NCBI GenBank assembly: GCA_903856805.1 | Contig: CAIOCZ010000072.1 | Coordinates: 1,877-65,876 of the forward strand | DNA length: 64,000 bases | From: an uncultured cyanobacterium | Lineage (GTDB): Bacteria; Cyanobacteriota; Cyanobacteriia; PCC-6307; Cyanobiaceae | Direction of reading: 5' to 3' | Part shown: positions 39,884-47,523 of the stretch, piece after piece | Position numbering within the stretch: the first letter of the stretch is position 1 | Layout: every line of letters begins with the position of its first letter | The notes under the pieces: generated by a model | Seen by the model: only the letters and a program-made list of their open reading frames with translations | Told to the model about the DNA's origin: nothing | Database searches by the model: none | Program-made: the position numbers and the translations under genes

Positions 39884-40817
39884 CGCCCCCCTTCCGCTCC
39901 CTGGGCCCTAGCAGCCCCGATCGGAGGGTTGCGATGTTGTGGCGCATCAGCTCCAGATACGTGGGTGCGGGGCCCTCGGCCGGGGAGAGGGAGTCCACAT
40001 GGAAGGTGCCGGCGAGGCGGGCTCCCGTCTCGGCGGCCACCCGCTGCATCGCCCGTGAATCCACGGTGCTCTCGCAGAACACCGCCGGCACCTGACGTTC
40101 CCGCACCGTGGCGATCAGATGGCGCATCCGCTGCGGGGTCACTTCCCGTTCGCCGTTCACCGGCCAGAGCCAGGCCTCATCCAGGCCGTAATCCCTGGCC
40201 AGATAGCTGAAGGCCCCCTCGCAGGTCACCAGTAGTCGGCGCCGTGGGGGCAAGGCGGCCAATTGACTGGCCAGCTCGTGGTCGAGGCGGATCAGCTGGC
40301 GGCTGTAGGCCGCGGCGCAGCGCTGATAGGTGGTGGCGTGGGGAGGATCCAGCACCATGAAGGCATCACGGATCCGGGCTACGTAGTGGATCGCGGCTTT
40401 GGGGGACATCCAGGCGTGCGGGTTCACCTTGCCGCTGCCCGGCTGTCCTTCGATCGGCAGAGGGGTGATGCCGTCACTGAGGCTGACCCGAGGAATGTTG
40501 CCGAGGCCGGCCGTGAACCGTCGGGTCCAGAGTTCCAGTCCCAGGCCGTTTTCCAGAATCATCCTGGCTCCGCTGGCCCGCCTCAGGTCACTCGGGGTAA
40601 TCTCGTAGCTATGGATTTCGGCGCCGATTTTGGTGATCGATTCCACCTGCAGCTGGCCACAGGCCACCTGATCCGCCAGGTCTGCCAGCACGGTGAAGGT
40701 GGCCAAGACCCGTGGGCGGTTGGCGTGGGGCTGCGGCTGCGGCTGCGGGGCACAGGCGTTGAGCAGCAGCAGGACGCCCATGGACATCGCTGGAATCAGG
40801 GAGCCAGCGCGGACCAA
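39876..40817 (-). CDS. mntC: manganese/metal ABC transporter substrate-binding lipoprotein (cluster A-I, MntC/TroA-like)
   Basis: The lipobox is LLLLNAC. Also present are ITKIGAEIHSYEITPSD...NPHAWMSP...LVTCEGAFSYLARDYG...VFCEST. The gene order mntC-A-B matches the Synechocystis Mn uptake operon. Confidence 0.85.
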   Translation of the reverse strand: MVRAGSLIPAMSMGVLLLLNACAPQPQPQPHANRPRVLATFTVLADLADQVACGQLQVESITKIGAEIHSYEITPSDLRRASGARMILENGLGLELWTRRFTAGLGNIPRVSLSDGITPLPIEGQPGSGKVNPHAWMSPKAAIHYVARIRDAFMVLDPPHATTYQRCAAAYSRQLIRLDHELASQLAALPPRRRLLVTCEGAFSYLARDYGLDEAWLWPVNGEREVTPQRMRHLIATVRERQVPAVFCESTVDSRAMQRVAAETGARLAGTFHVDSLSPAEGPAPTYLELMRHNIATLRSGLLGPRERKGGVE

Positions 40818-40859
40818 GCGGATGGGAACTGAGGACGTGCAGGCTAGAAGCGCTTGGGC

Positions 40860-40886
40860 AAAAAAAGCCCCCTCCTGAGAGGGGGC
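40860..40886 (-). terminator. rho-independent terminator of psbA
   Basis: The minus strand reads GCCCCCTC-TCAG-GAGGGGGC followed by TTTTTTT, 58 nt after the psbA stop. Confidence 0.8.
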
Positions 40887-40943
40887 TTGGAACGGTCTTG
40901 AAGGGCTAGCCGTTAGGCGATTGCCTGGGAGAACTAACTCGAA

Positions 40944-42020
40944 TCAACCGATCGCAGGAGCGCTCAGGGCCACCGGGCTCGACTGGACAGCGGCCAGGTC
41001 GAGCGGGAAGTTGTGGGCGTTGCGCTCGTGCATCACTTCCATGCCCAGGTTGGCGCGGTTGAGCACGTCGGCCCAAGTGGGGAGCACCTTGCCCTGGGAA
41101 TCCAGGATGGACTGGTTGAAGTTGAAACCATTCAGGTTGAAGGCCATGGTGCTGATGCCCATGGAGGTGAACCAGATGCCAACCACGGGCCAGGCCGCCA
41201 GGAAGAAGTGGAGGCTGCGGCTGTTGTTGAAGGAGGCGTATTGGAAGATCAGGCGACCGAAGTAACCGTGGGCAGCCACGATGTTGTAGGTCTCTTCCTC
41301 TTGGCCGAACTTGTAGCCGTAGTTCTGGGATTCGGTCTCGGTGGTTTCACGCACCAAGGAGGAGGTCACCAGGGAGCCGTGCATGGCGGAGAACAGGCTG
41401 CCACCGAACACACCCGCTACACCCAACATGTGGAAGGGGTGCATCAGGATGTTGTGCTCAGCCTGGAACACCAACATGAAGTTGAAGGTGCCAGAGATGC
41501 CGAGGGGCATGCCGTCGGAGAAGGAACCCTGACCAAAGGGATAGATCAGGAAGACGGCAAAGGCAGCGGACAGCGGGGCGCTATAGGCCACACAGATCCA
41601 GGGGCGCATGCCGAGGCGGTAGGAGAGCTCCCACTGACGACCCATGTAGGCAGAGATGCCGATCAGGAAGTGGAAGACCACCAGCTGGTAAGGACCGCCG
41701 TTGTACAGCCACTCGTCGAGGCTGGCGGCTTCCCAGATGGGATAGAAGTGCAGACCGATGGCGTTGCTGGAGGGGATAACAGCGCCGGAGATGATGTTGT
41801 TGCCGTAAAGGAAGGAACCGGCAACGGGCTCGCGGATGCCGTCGATGTCGACGGGGGGAGCGGCGATGAAGGCAATGATGAAGCAGATGGTGGCCGCCAG
41901 GAGGCAGGGGATCATCAGCACACCGAACCAACCGATGTAGATGCGGTTGTTGGTGGAAGCAACCCACTGGCAGAAGCGTTCCCAGCTTCCAGCCCGGCCG
42001 CTGCGGAGGGCAGTGGTCAT
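40944..42020 (-). CDS. psbA: photosystem II D1 protein, D1:1-type isoform (Gln at the position equivalent to residue 130)
   Basis: A full-length 358-aa D1 ([38 protein letters not shown]...[13 protein letters not shown] + C-terminal extension). It has GRQWELS rather than GREWELS. Confidence 0.98.
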   Translation of the reverse strand: MTTALRSGRAGSWERFCQWVASTNNRIYIGWFGVLMIPCLLAATICFIIAFIAAPPVDIDGIREPVAGSFLYGNNIISGAVIPSSNAIGLHFYPIWEAASLDEWLYNGGPYQLVVFHFLIGISAYMGRQWELSYRLGMRPWICVAYSAPLSAAFAVFLIYPFGQGSFSDGMPLGISGTFNFMLVFQAEHNILMHPFHMLGVAGVFGGSLFSAMHGSLVTSSLVRETTETESQNYGYKFGQEEETYNIVAAHGYFGRLIFQYASFNNSRSLHFFLAAWPVVGIWFTSMGISTMAFNLNGFNFNQSILDSQGKVLPTWADVLNRANLGMEVMHERNAHNFPLDLAAVQSSPVALSAPAIG

Positions 42021-42161
42021 GGATAAGGACGGAATGAAGGCCTGAAAACAGACCGAAAGATGCTCCCCTCTAGGGGGAGTCCAATCAAGCTAATTGTCCC
42101 GTCGGCCCATGCCACCACCCCACGGGGAGTTAGCGCCAATTGATACCCAACTTTATGAACT
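42021..42161 (-). promoter_or_regulatory. psbA promoter / 5' leader region with a short hairpin
   Basis: This is a 141-nt gap between the stop of the upstream gene (42162) and the psbA ATG. It contains a perfect 6-bp stem, CTCCCC-N5-GGGGAG, at 42063-42079 and an AT-richer stretch (TTCATTGAAGTTCATAAAGTTGGGTATCAAT on the minus strand) that could hold -35/-10 elements. The exact boxes were not assignable. Confidence 0.4.
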
Positions 42162-43745
42162 TCAATGAAGGGTGGCCGCTGGGTTGGGCGCCTGCAGCCA
42201 GCGGCGCCCTTCCTGCAGAAAGCCGGCCCAGTCCAGCCGTGCGGAGGCGGCCGCCTCGGCCACCAGCAGCGGAGCTTTGCGTTTGATCTCCTCCAGATCC
42301 GGCTCGCTGACCCCGGCCGACAGGGCCAGGACGTCCGCCATGGCATGGCCCACCACGCGGGTGAGATAGGCGGCACTGAGGGCCTCCACCGCCCCGCCCA
42401 CCAGCCAGGTTGCTCCGTGCAGCCGCATGGCGCCCAGCAGGGCCTGGCTGCTCCACTCCACCACCCCCAGGGCCAGGGCCGCTCGTCCCAGCTCCAGCGC
42501 TGCTGCCCGGAGCTGGTCTGCGGTCCAGGGGCAATCCCAGAGCCGGGCCATCTCCTGAAGCATCAAGCCATTGGCCACCGCCAGCACCACCAGATCCAGG
42601 GATGGCAGCGGAGCCGCCACCACCGCCGCCGCCACCAGCCCCTGGGTGCGCAGCAAGAGTCGCTGCAACCGCCGGCGCCGCAGGCTTTCGAGTTCCGCCT
42701 GCCAGCGGCGATGGAGGCTCTCAATGCCGCGGCGGGCCGTGGCGAGGCGAAGGGAGTGCCCTTCCCGGTTCAGCCAGCTGTTGAGGGGGTGCAGGGCCTC
42801 AACCAGGGTGACGGCCTTGCCATCCCAGGGGAGTAGCTGGGCGCTGCTCCCCGCCGGCCACTGGCTAAGCAGATCGGCTTGCAGCCCCATCCAGTCGACG
42901 GGCGACGCCCCTTCCACCAAGAGCCACAGCGGTTGGCCTTGGGGCATGGCCTCCAACCAACGCAGATCGGCCGCCGTGAGCGGTAAGCGCAGATGGAAGA
43001 TCACCAGGTCGGAGTGTTGAAACCCCTCGGGCCAGCACCAATCCTGGCTGTTGCGTGGCAGGGGGTGGCCCCAGAGCAGGGAGAGGGCCAGGCGGCTGCG
43101 CAGGCTGGTTCCAAAGGCAGGTTGCAGGGAGCCATTCGGGGGCTCCAGTCCCGCCAATGCCACGCTGGCGGCGGGATCGCTGCGTTGGTTCTGCCAGCGC
43201 GCCAGTTCCGATCGACGCTGCGTCTGGCCTGGGGCGGCGTCGACGTCGAGGCGCTCAAACTGAGTCAGCAGTTGCTCACAACGGCTGATCCAACCGTCCA
43301 GAGTCTCCGGCAGACGTGGCACCACGGCCGTCCGTCGGCGAGACAGCCACCACCAACCGCCCGCGACGGCCCCGGCGCCCAGCAGGGCAGTTCCATCGAG
43401 ATGGAGCAGGTGGGTCAGGGCTTCGCTCACCACCAGTCCCCCCGCCAGCATCAACACCGGCCGACGCCAGGAGATCCCGGCTCCGACACCCCAAGCCTGA
43501 GCCAGGGAATGCCCCGGCAGGGCAGCTGGGGTGGAGACGGATGGGGCGGCGGAATCCGGGGAACGCACGTCGACTGCCTCTAGACCAGGTTTGTTTAGCT
43601 CAGTTGTCCCTCCCTTGGCATGGCGGACCCCTGACCCGTCATCGCCCCGCGGCCGTGACCCGGTGCCATGACCTATTGCCATGGTTAACACCTGCCCAAG
43701 GCTGATATTCACCATAAGTTGGCCTGCAATGGGGCACCTGCCCAA
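42162..43745 (-). CDS. DUF697/YcjF-like membrane protein with an N-terminal degenerate GTPase-like region
   Basis: The C-terminal part, LVAAAVVAAPLPSLDLVVLAVANGLMLQEMARLWDCPW...ELGRAALALGVVEWSSQ...AAYLTRVVGHAM, resembles DUF697. No GxxxxGK(S/T) P-loop is visible anywhere. The start is uncertain, with several in-frame Met within the first 22 codons. Confidence 0.6.
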   Translation of the reverse strand: MGRCPIAGQLMVNISLGQVLTMAIGHGTGSRPRGDDGSGVRHAKGGTTELNKPGLEAVDVRSPDSAAPSVSTPAALPGHSLAQAWGVGAGISWRRPVLMLAGGLVVSEALTHLLHLDGTALLGAGAVAGGWWWLSRRRTAVVPRLPETLDGWISRCEQLLTQFERLDVDAAPGQTQRRSELARWQNQRSDPAASVALAGLEPPNGSLQPAFGTSLRSRLALSLLWGHPLPRNSQDWCWPEGFQHSDLVIFHLRLPLTAADLRWLEAMPQGQPLWLLVEGASPVDWMGLQADLLSQWPAGSSAQLLPWDGKAVTLVEALHPLNSWLNREGHSLRLATARRGIESLHRRWQAELESLRRRRLQRLLLRTQGLVAAAVVAAPLPSLDLVVLAVANGLMLQEMARLWDCPWTADQLRAAALELGRAALALGVVEWSSQALLGAMRLHGATWLVGGAVEALSAAYLTRVVGHAMADVLALSAGVSEPDLEEIKRKAPLLVAEAAASARLDWAGFLQEGRRWLQAPNPAATLH

Positions 43746-43771
43746 CCACCATCCCCTCCAGCCCCAAGCCG

Positions 43772-44692
43772 ATGCAGGCAGCCGTGCCGGCCCAAGACAA
43801 TCGACGGGCTGTTCGTCAGGTGCTGCTCGTTGCCCTGGTGATCAACCTGGCCATGGGACTGCTGAAACTACTGGTGGGCCTCGCCAGCGGATCCCTGGCG
43901 GTGGTGGCGGACGCCATGCACAGCGCCACCGATGGCCTCTCCAGCCTCATGGCCCTATTGAGCAACGGCCTTTCCGATCCCCGTCCCGATCGGGATCACC
44001 CCTACGGGCACCACAAATACGAGGCGGTGGGGTCGCTGGCCATCGCTGCATTCATCTTGTTCGCCGCCTTCGAGATCGTTCAGAGCGCGGCGCACCGCCT
44101 CCATGACGGCTTTCGCCCCCTGCAACTGGACAGTGGGCAGCTGCTCTTGCTGGTGTTGGCCCTGGCCCTGAATGTGGTGCTCGCCACCTACGAACGGCGG
44201 GCCGGTCGCCGACTCGGCAGTCGCCTGCTCATGGCTGATGCGATGCACACCTGGAGCGATATCTGGACCAGCTTGATCGTGCTGTTAGGCCTGTGGGGTG
44301 CCCGCTGGCTGGGGCTCGCCTGGCTCGATGGGGCGCTGGCGGTGCCTCTGGCGGTCATGCTTGTCAAAGTGTGTTGGAGCGTGCTCCAGGAAAATTTGCC
44401 CCTTCTGGTTGATCAGATCGCGATCGCACCCGAGGCGATCCATGCGATGGCGATGGCCATTCCCGGGGTGCTCAACTGCCATGACATCGCCAGCCGTGGC
44501 GTGGTGGGCACGCAGGTGTTCATCGATATGCACATGGTGGTGGATGCGGAGGATCTGCCCACGGCCCATCGCATCACCGAATTGGTGGAAGAGCATCTTC
44601 AGGCCCGCTACGGGCCAGTGCGCTGCACCATCCATCTCGAACCACGCGAGTACGCCAGCGCCGCGATCACCTTCCGAGGAACCCATGGCTGA
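43772..44692 (+). CDS. cation diffusion facilitator family transporter
   Basis: SLAVVADAMHSATDGLSSLMAL...PDRDHPYGHHKYEAVGSL...ADAMHTWSDIWTS is the CDF signature with HxxxD motifs in TM2 and TM5. The protein is 306 aa. Confidence 0.88.
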   Translation: MQAAVPAQDNRRAVRQVLLVALVINLAMGLLKLLVGLASGSLAVVADAMHSATDGLSSLMALLSNGLSDPRPDRDHPYGHHKYEAVGSLAIAAFILFAAFEIVQSAAHRLHDGFRPLQLDSGQLLLLVLALALNVVLATYERRAGRRLGSRLLMADAMHTWSDIWTSLIVLLGLWGARWLGLAWLDGALAVPLAVMLVKVCWSVLQENLPLLVDQIAIAPEAIHAMAMAIPGVLNCHDIASRGVVGTQVFIDMHMVVDAEDLPTAHRITELVEEHLQARYGPVRCTIHLEPREYASAAITFRGTHG

Positions 44693-45245
44693 TCGAACCA
44701 GCCCGGGTGGCTCTCCGGACCCGATGCCCAGCCTGACCCTTCGCCAACGCGCCCTCGTGGAGGCCCAGCTGGTCAGCCTTCAGCAGGCTCCGAGTTGGCA
44801 TGGCGCCTTGCCGGTGCTGGTGCTGGACCGCTGCTGGATGCGCCTCACGGTGTTGGGGCTGGATGCGCTGCTCTTGAAACTGCCCCCCGACAGCACCCTG
44901 GAGGCCCCGGAACTGGTTCACTACCGCGGCCTGATCGCCGCAGGGGTGCCGGCCTGGCAGGCCGAGCAGCTCGGTTGGCAGGCCTTCGGCGTTGAGGCCT
45001 GTCAACAGGCTCTTCAGCGGTTCTGGGCGATGCAGGAGCGGGGCAACCAGGGATGGAGTGCCGCCACCTATTTCGCCCTTCTCCACGACTATCGCCGTCG
45101 CTTCGAACGGCAGAGTCCCCGGCCCTTGCCCCTGCTGGTGCTGGCCCGTGGCGGCGGGCGCCAAGGCCGGGAAGCCCATCAAGTGCACTGGCTTGGTCCT
45201 CTCGGTCGGGAAGCGGAGCGCTCGATGCGCCACACTTGCGCCTGA
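44685..45245 (+). CDS. conserved hypothetical protein
   Basis: The ATG at 44685 overlaps the CDF stop by 8 nt. The protein is 186 aa (MADRTSPGGSPDPMPSLTLRQRALVEAQLVSL...). Coding-like codon usage is the only support. The track shows it as part of a longer out-of-context ORF from 44298. Confidence 0.5.
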   Translation: MADRTSPGGSPDPMPSLTLRQRALVEAQLVSLQQAPSWHGALPVLVLDRCWMRLTVLGLDALLLKLPPDSTLEAPELVHYRGLIAAGVPAWQAEQLGWQAFGVEACQQALQRFWAMQERGNQGWSAATYFALLHDYRRRFERQSPRPLPLLVLARGGGRQGREAHQVHWLGPLGREAERSMRHTCA

Positions 45246-45261
45246 TTGCAAGGCTGCGGCC

Positions 45262-45762
45262 ATGGCGGACGACACCACCACACCTTTCCCTTCGGATTCC
45301 GACGACCGTCCCGAACGTCAGGAGGGCTCCGGCCGGGGCCAGCGGGCTGGCGGCCAGCGGGATGCCGGTGGTTTCCGGATCCGATTGAGTGACAACGAAA
45401 TGCAGGCGGCCCGGAGCCTTCAGGAGGCCTTTGGCCTGCGTTCCACCGTGGCGGTGCTGGGCTTTGCCCTGCGCACCCTCGCCCAGCAACTCCAGGAGGG
45501 TCAACTGGAGGCGTTGGTGGCCCAGCAGCGTGCCCAGGGGGATCAGCGGCCAGGGCGGCCTGAGGGCCGGGGGGCTGATCGCCGTGGACCACGACAGGAC
45601 CGCGGCGAGGATCGCGCGCCTCGTCAGGTGCGCATCGATCCCTTCGCCCGACCCAGCCGGCCGGCCCCGGTGACAGCCCCGGTGATCGAGGAGGCCGAGG
45701 GCGAAGGGGCCCCCGCCCTTGAGGACAGCCCCGTCCAGGCCGACGCGGGCACCGAGGCCTGA
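45262..45762 (+). CDS. hypothetical protein with a short ribbon-helix-helix-like core flanked by R/G/D/P-rich disordered tails
   Basis: The ATG at 45262 opens MADDTTTPFPSDSDDRPERQEG...FRIRLSDNEMQAARSLQEAFGLRSTVAVLGFALRTLAQQL...RGPRQDRGEDRAPRQ. The protein is 166 aa. Confidence 0.5.
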   Translation: MADDTTTPFPSDSDDRPERQEGSGRGQRAGGQRDAGGFRIRLSDNEMQAARSLQEAFGLRSTVAVLGFALRTLAQQLQEGQLEALVAQQRAQGDQRPGRPEGRGADRRGPRQDRGEDRAPRQVRIDPFARPSRPAPVTAPVIEEAEGEGAPALEDSPVQADAGTEA

Positions 45763-45803
45763 ACCACAGGGACGAACTGGCCCCCTTGCACCGGCAAACC
45801 TTG

Positions 45804-46841
45804 ATGACGCAGCAACAGCCGCGGGTCCTTTCGGGCGTCCAGCCCACGGGGGCCCTGCACCTGGGCAATTGGCTCGGGGCGATTCGCAACTGGGTGGATC
45901 TTCAGGACAGCCACGACACTTTTTTCTGTGTGGTGGATCTGCACGCCATCACGGTGCCCCACGATCCGGATCGCCTGGCGGAGGACACCCTCAGCACCGC
46001 CGCCCTCTACCTGGCCTGTGGGATCGATCCCGCTCGCTCCACGGTGTTTGTGCAGAGCCAGGTGCCCGCCCATAGCGAGCTGTGCTGGCTGTTGAACTGC
46101 GTGACTCCCCTGAACTGGCTTGAACGAATGATCCAGTTCAAGGAGAAGGCCCTGAAGCAGGGCGATGCCGTGTCCACCGGGCTGCTCGATTACCCGGTGT
46201 TGATGGCGGCTGACATCCTGCTCTATGACGCCGATCGGGTGCCGGTGGGGGACGACCAGAAGCAGCATCTGGAATTGGCCCGGGACATTGCCCAGCAGCG
46301 GATCAATGCCCGCTTTGCTCCCAACCCCGACCAGCCTCTGTTGAAGGTGCCGGAGCCGTTGATTCTCAAGGAGGGGGCCCGGGTGATGAGCCTCACCGAT
46401 GGTCGCGCCAAGATGAGCAAGAGCGATCCCAATGAGGGCTCGCGGATCAGCCTGCTCGACCCGCCGGAGCTGATCACTCGCAAGATCAAACGCGCCAAGA
46501 CTGATCCGGTGCTCGGGCTGGAATTTGGCAACCCCGAGCGGCCGGAAGCCGATAACCTCCTCAGTCTCTATGCCCTGCTGTCTGGCCGCAGTCGGGAGGC
46601 GGTGGCGGTCGAGTGTGCCGCCATGGGCTGGGGTCAGTTCAAGCCGCTGTTGGCGGAGGCTGCGGTGGAGGCTCTGCGGCCGTTGCAGGCGAGCTATGCC
46701 GAGTGGCGACGCGATCCGGCGACCCTCGAGGCGGTGCTGGAACAGGGCCGCCAGCGGGCCCAGGACGTCGCTGGGGTCACCCTGGCCCGGGTCCGCCAGG
46801 CCCTGGGCTTCCTGGCCCCCGGCCGGCCCGATCAGGGCTGA
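45804..46841 (+). CDS. trpS: tryptophan--tRNA ligase
   Basis: RVLSGVQPTGALHLGNWLGAI is the HIGH-type motif and KMSKSDP is the KMSKS motif. The protein is 345 aa from ATG 45804. Confidence 0.95.
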   Translation: MTQQQPRVLSGVQPTGALHLGNWLGAIRNWVDLQDSHDTFFCVVDLHAITVPHDPDRLAEDTLSTAALYLACGIDPARSTVFVQSQVPAHSELCWLLNCVTPLNWLERMIQFKEKALKQGDAVSTGLLDYPVLMAADILLYDADRVPVGDDQKQHLELARDIAQQRINARFAPNPDQPLLKVPEPLILKEGARVMSLTDGRAKMSKSDPNEGSRISLLDPPELITRKIKRAKTDPVLGLEFGNPERPEADNLLSLYALLSGRSREAVAVECAAMGWGQFKPLLAEAAVEALRPLQASYAEWRRDPATLEAVLEQGRQRAQDVAGVTLARVRQALGFLAPGRPDQG

Positions 46842-46856
46842 TCCGGTTCGTTCCGG

Positions 46857-47480
46857 TCAGGGCTCGCGGTAGACCACCCGGCCCCGCTCGTCGTTGCCCA
46901 CATCCAGCAGATGGGCATGGAGCAGGCGTTCGATTTCAGCGCCCACGTCCGCATGGCTGATGCTGGCCGGCAGTTGCAGGTCAATCAGGGCATCGTTGAT
47001 CGTGAATCCACCTTGACCGCTGCGGCGGGCGAGTTGCAGCAACTGCCGATCCAGGGGGGGCAGCTCCGGCCAGGGGGCTTGCGCCAGGGCCTCCTCCAGC
47101 ACCAGGGGCTGGTTGGCCTGGCGCACCAGTTCAGGGATCAGAAACAGGTCTACCAACTGGCCCACGCCGCAGAGCCCTTGGGTGAATAACCAAAGGGCTC
47201 CGCTGACGGGTTTGCCGCAATAAAAGCGATGGACGCCACTCAGACCCAGGGGCAAGCCGAAGGGCAGGGCCAACAGGCCTAGGGCCCAAAGCAGATAGGC
47301 CACCGCCACGCTGCGGCGCTCCTGCTGAACCCGTTGCAGCCGTTGACGCAGAGACAGGGAAGGGGGCCGGATCACGGCGGAGCCGCTGGTTCTCGCCAGG
47401 GTAGAAACGAAGTCCCCCTGAGTCCGGGGAGATAACCGACCGGGGCCAGGCCCTGAACCATGGCCCGAATGTCCCGTCAA
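46857..47480 (-). CDS. TM2-domain membrane protein
   Basis: VAVAYLLWALGLLALPFGLPLGLSGVHRFYCGKPVSGALWLFTQGLCGVGQLVDLFLIPELV is the TM2 domain pattern (G.HRFY.G....G..), followed by a soluble C-terminal ~90 aa. Confidence 0.75.
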   Translation of the reverse strand: MTGHSGHGSGPGPGRLSPRTQGDFVSTLARTSGSAVIRPPSLSLRQRLQRVQQERRSVAVAYLLWALGLLALPFGLPLGLSGVHRFYCGKPVSGALWLFTQGLCGVGQLVDLFLIPELVRQANQPLVLEEALAQAPWPELPPLDRQLLQLARRSGQGGFTINDALIDLQLPASISHADVGAEIERLLHAHLLDVGNDERGRVVYREP

Positions 47481-47523
47481 ACGCCATCGCTAGGATCCGG
47501 GATCCTTTCTCTCCATTAAGCCC

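Noticed and set aside
41013-42026. 337-aa plus-strand ORF
   Set aside because: It is antisense to psbA. Its translation is a His/Gly/Val/Glu-rich shadow sequence, and D1 on the other strand is certain.
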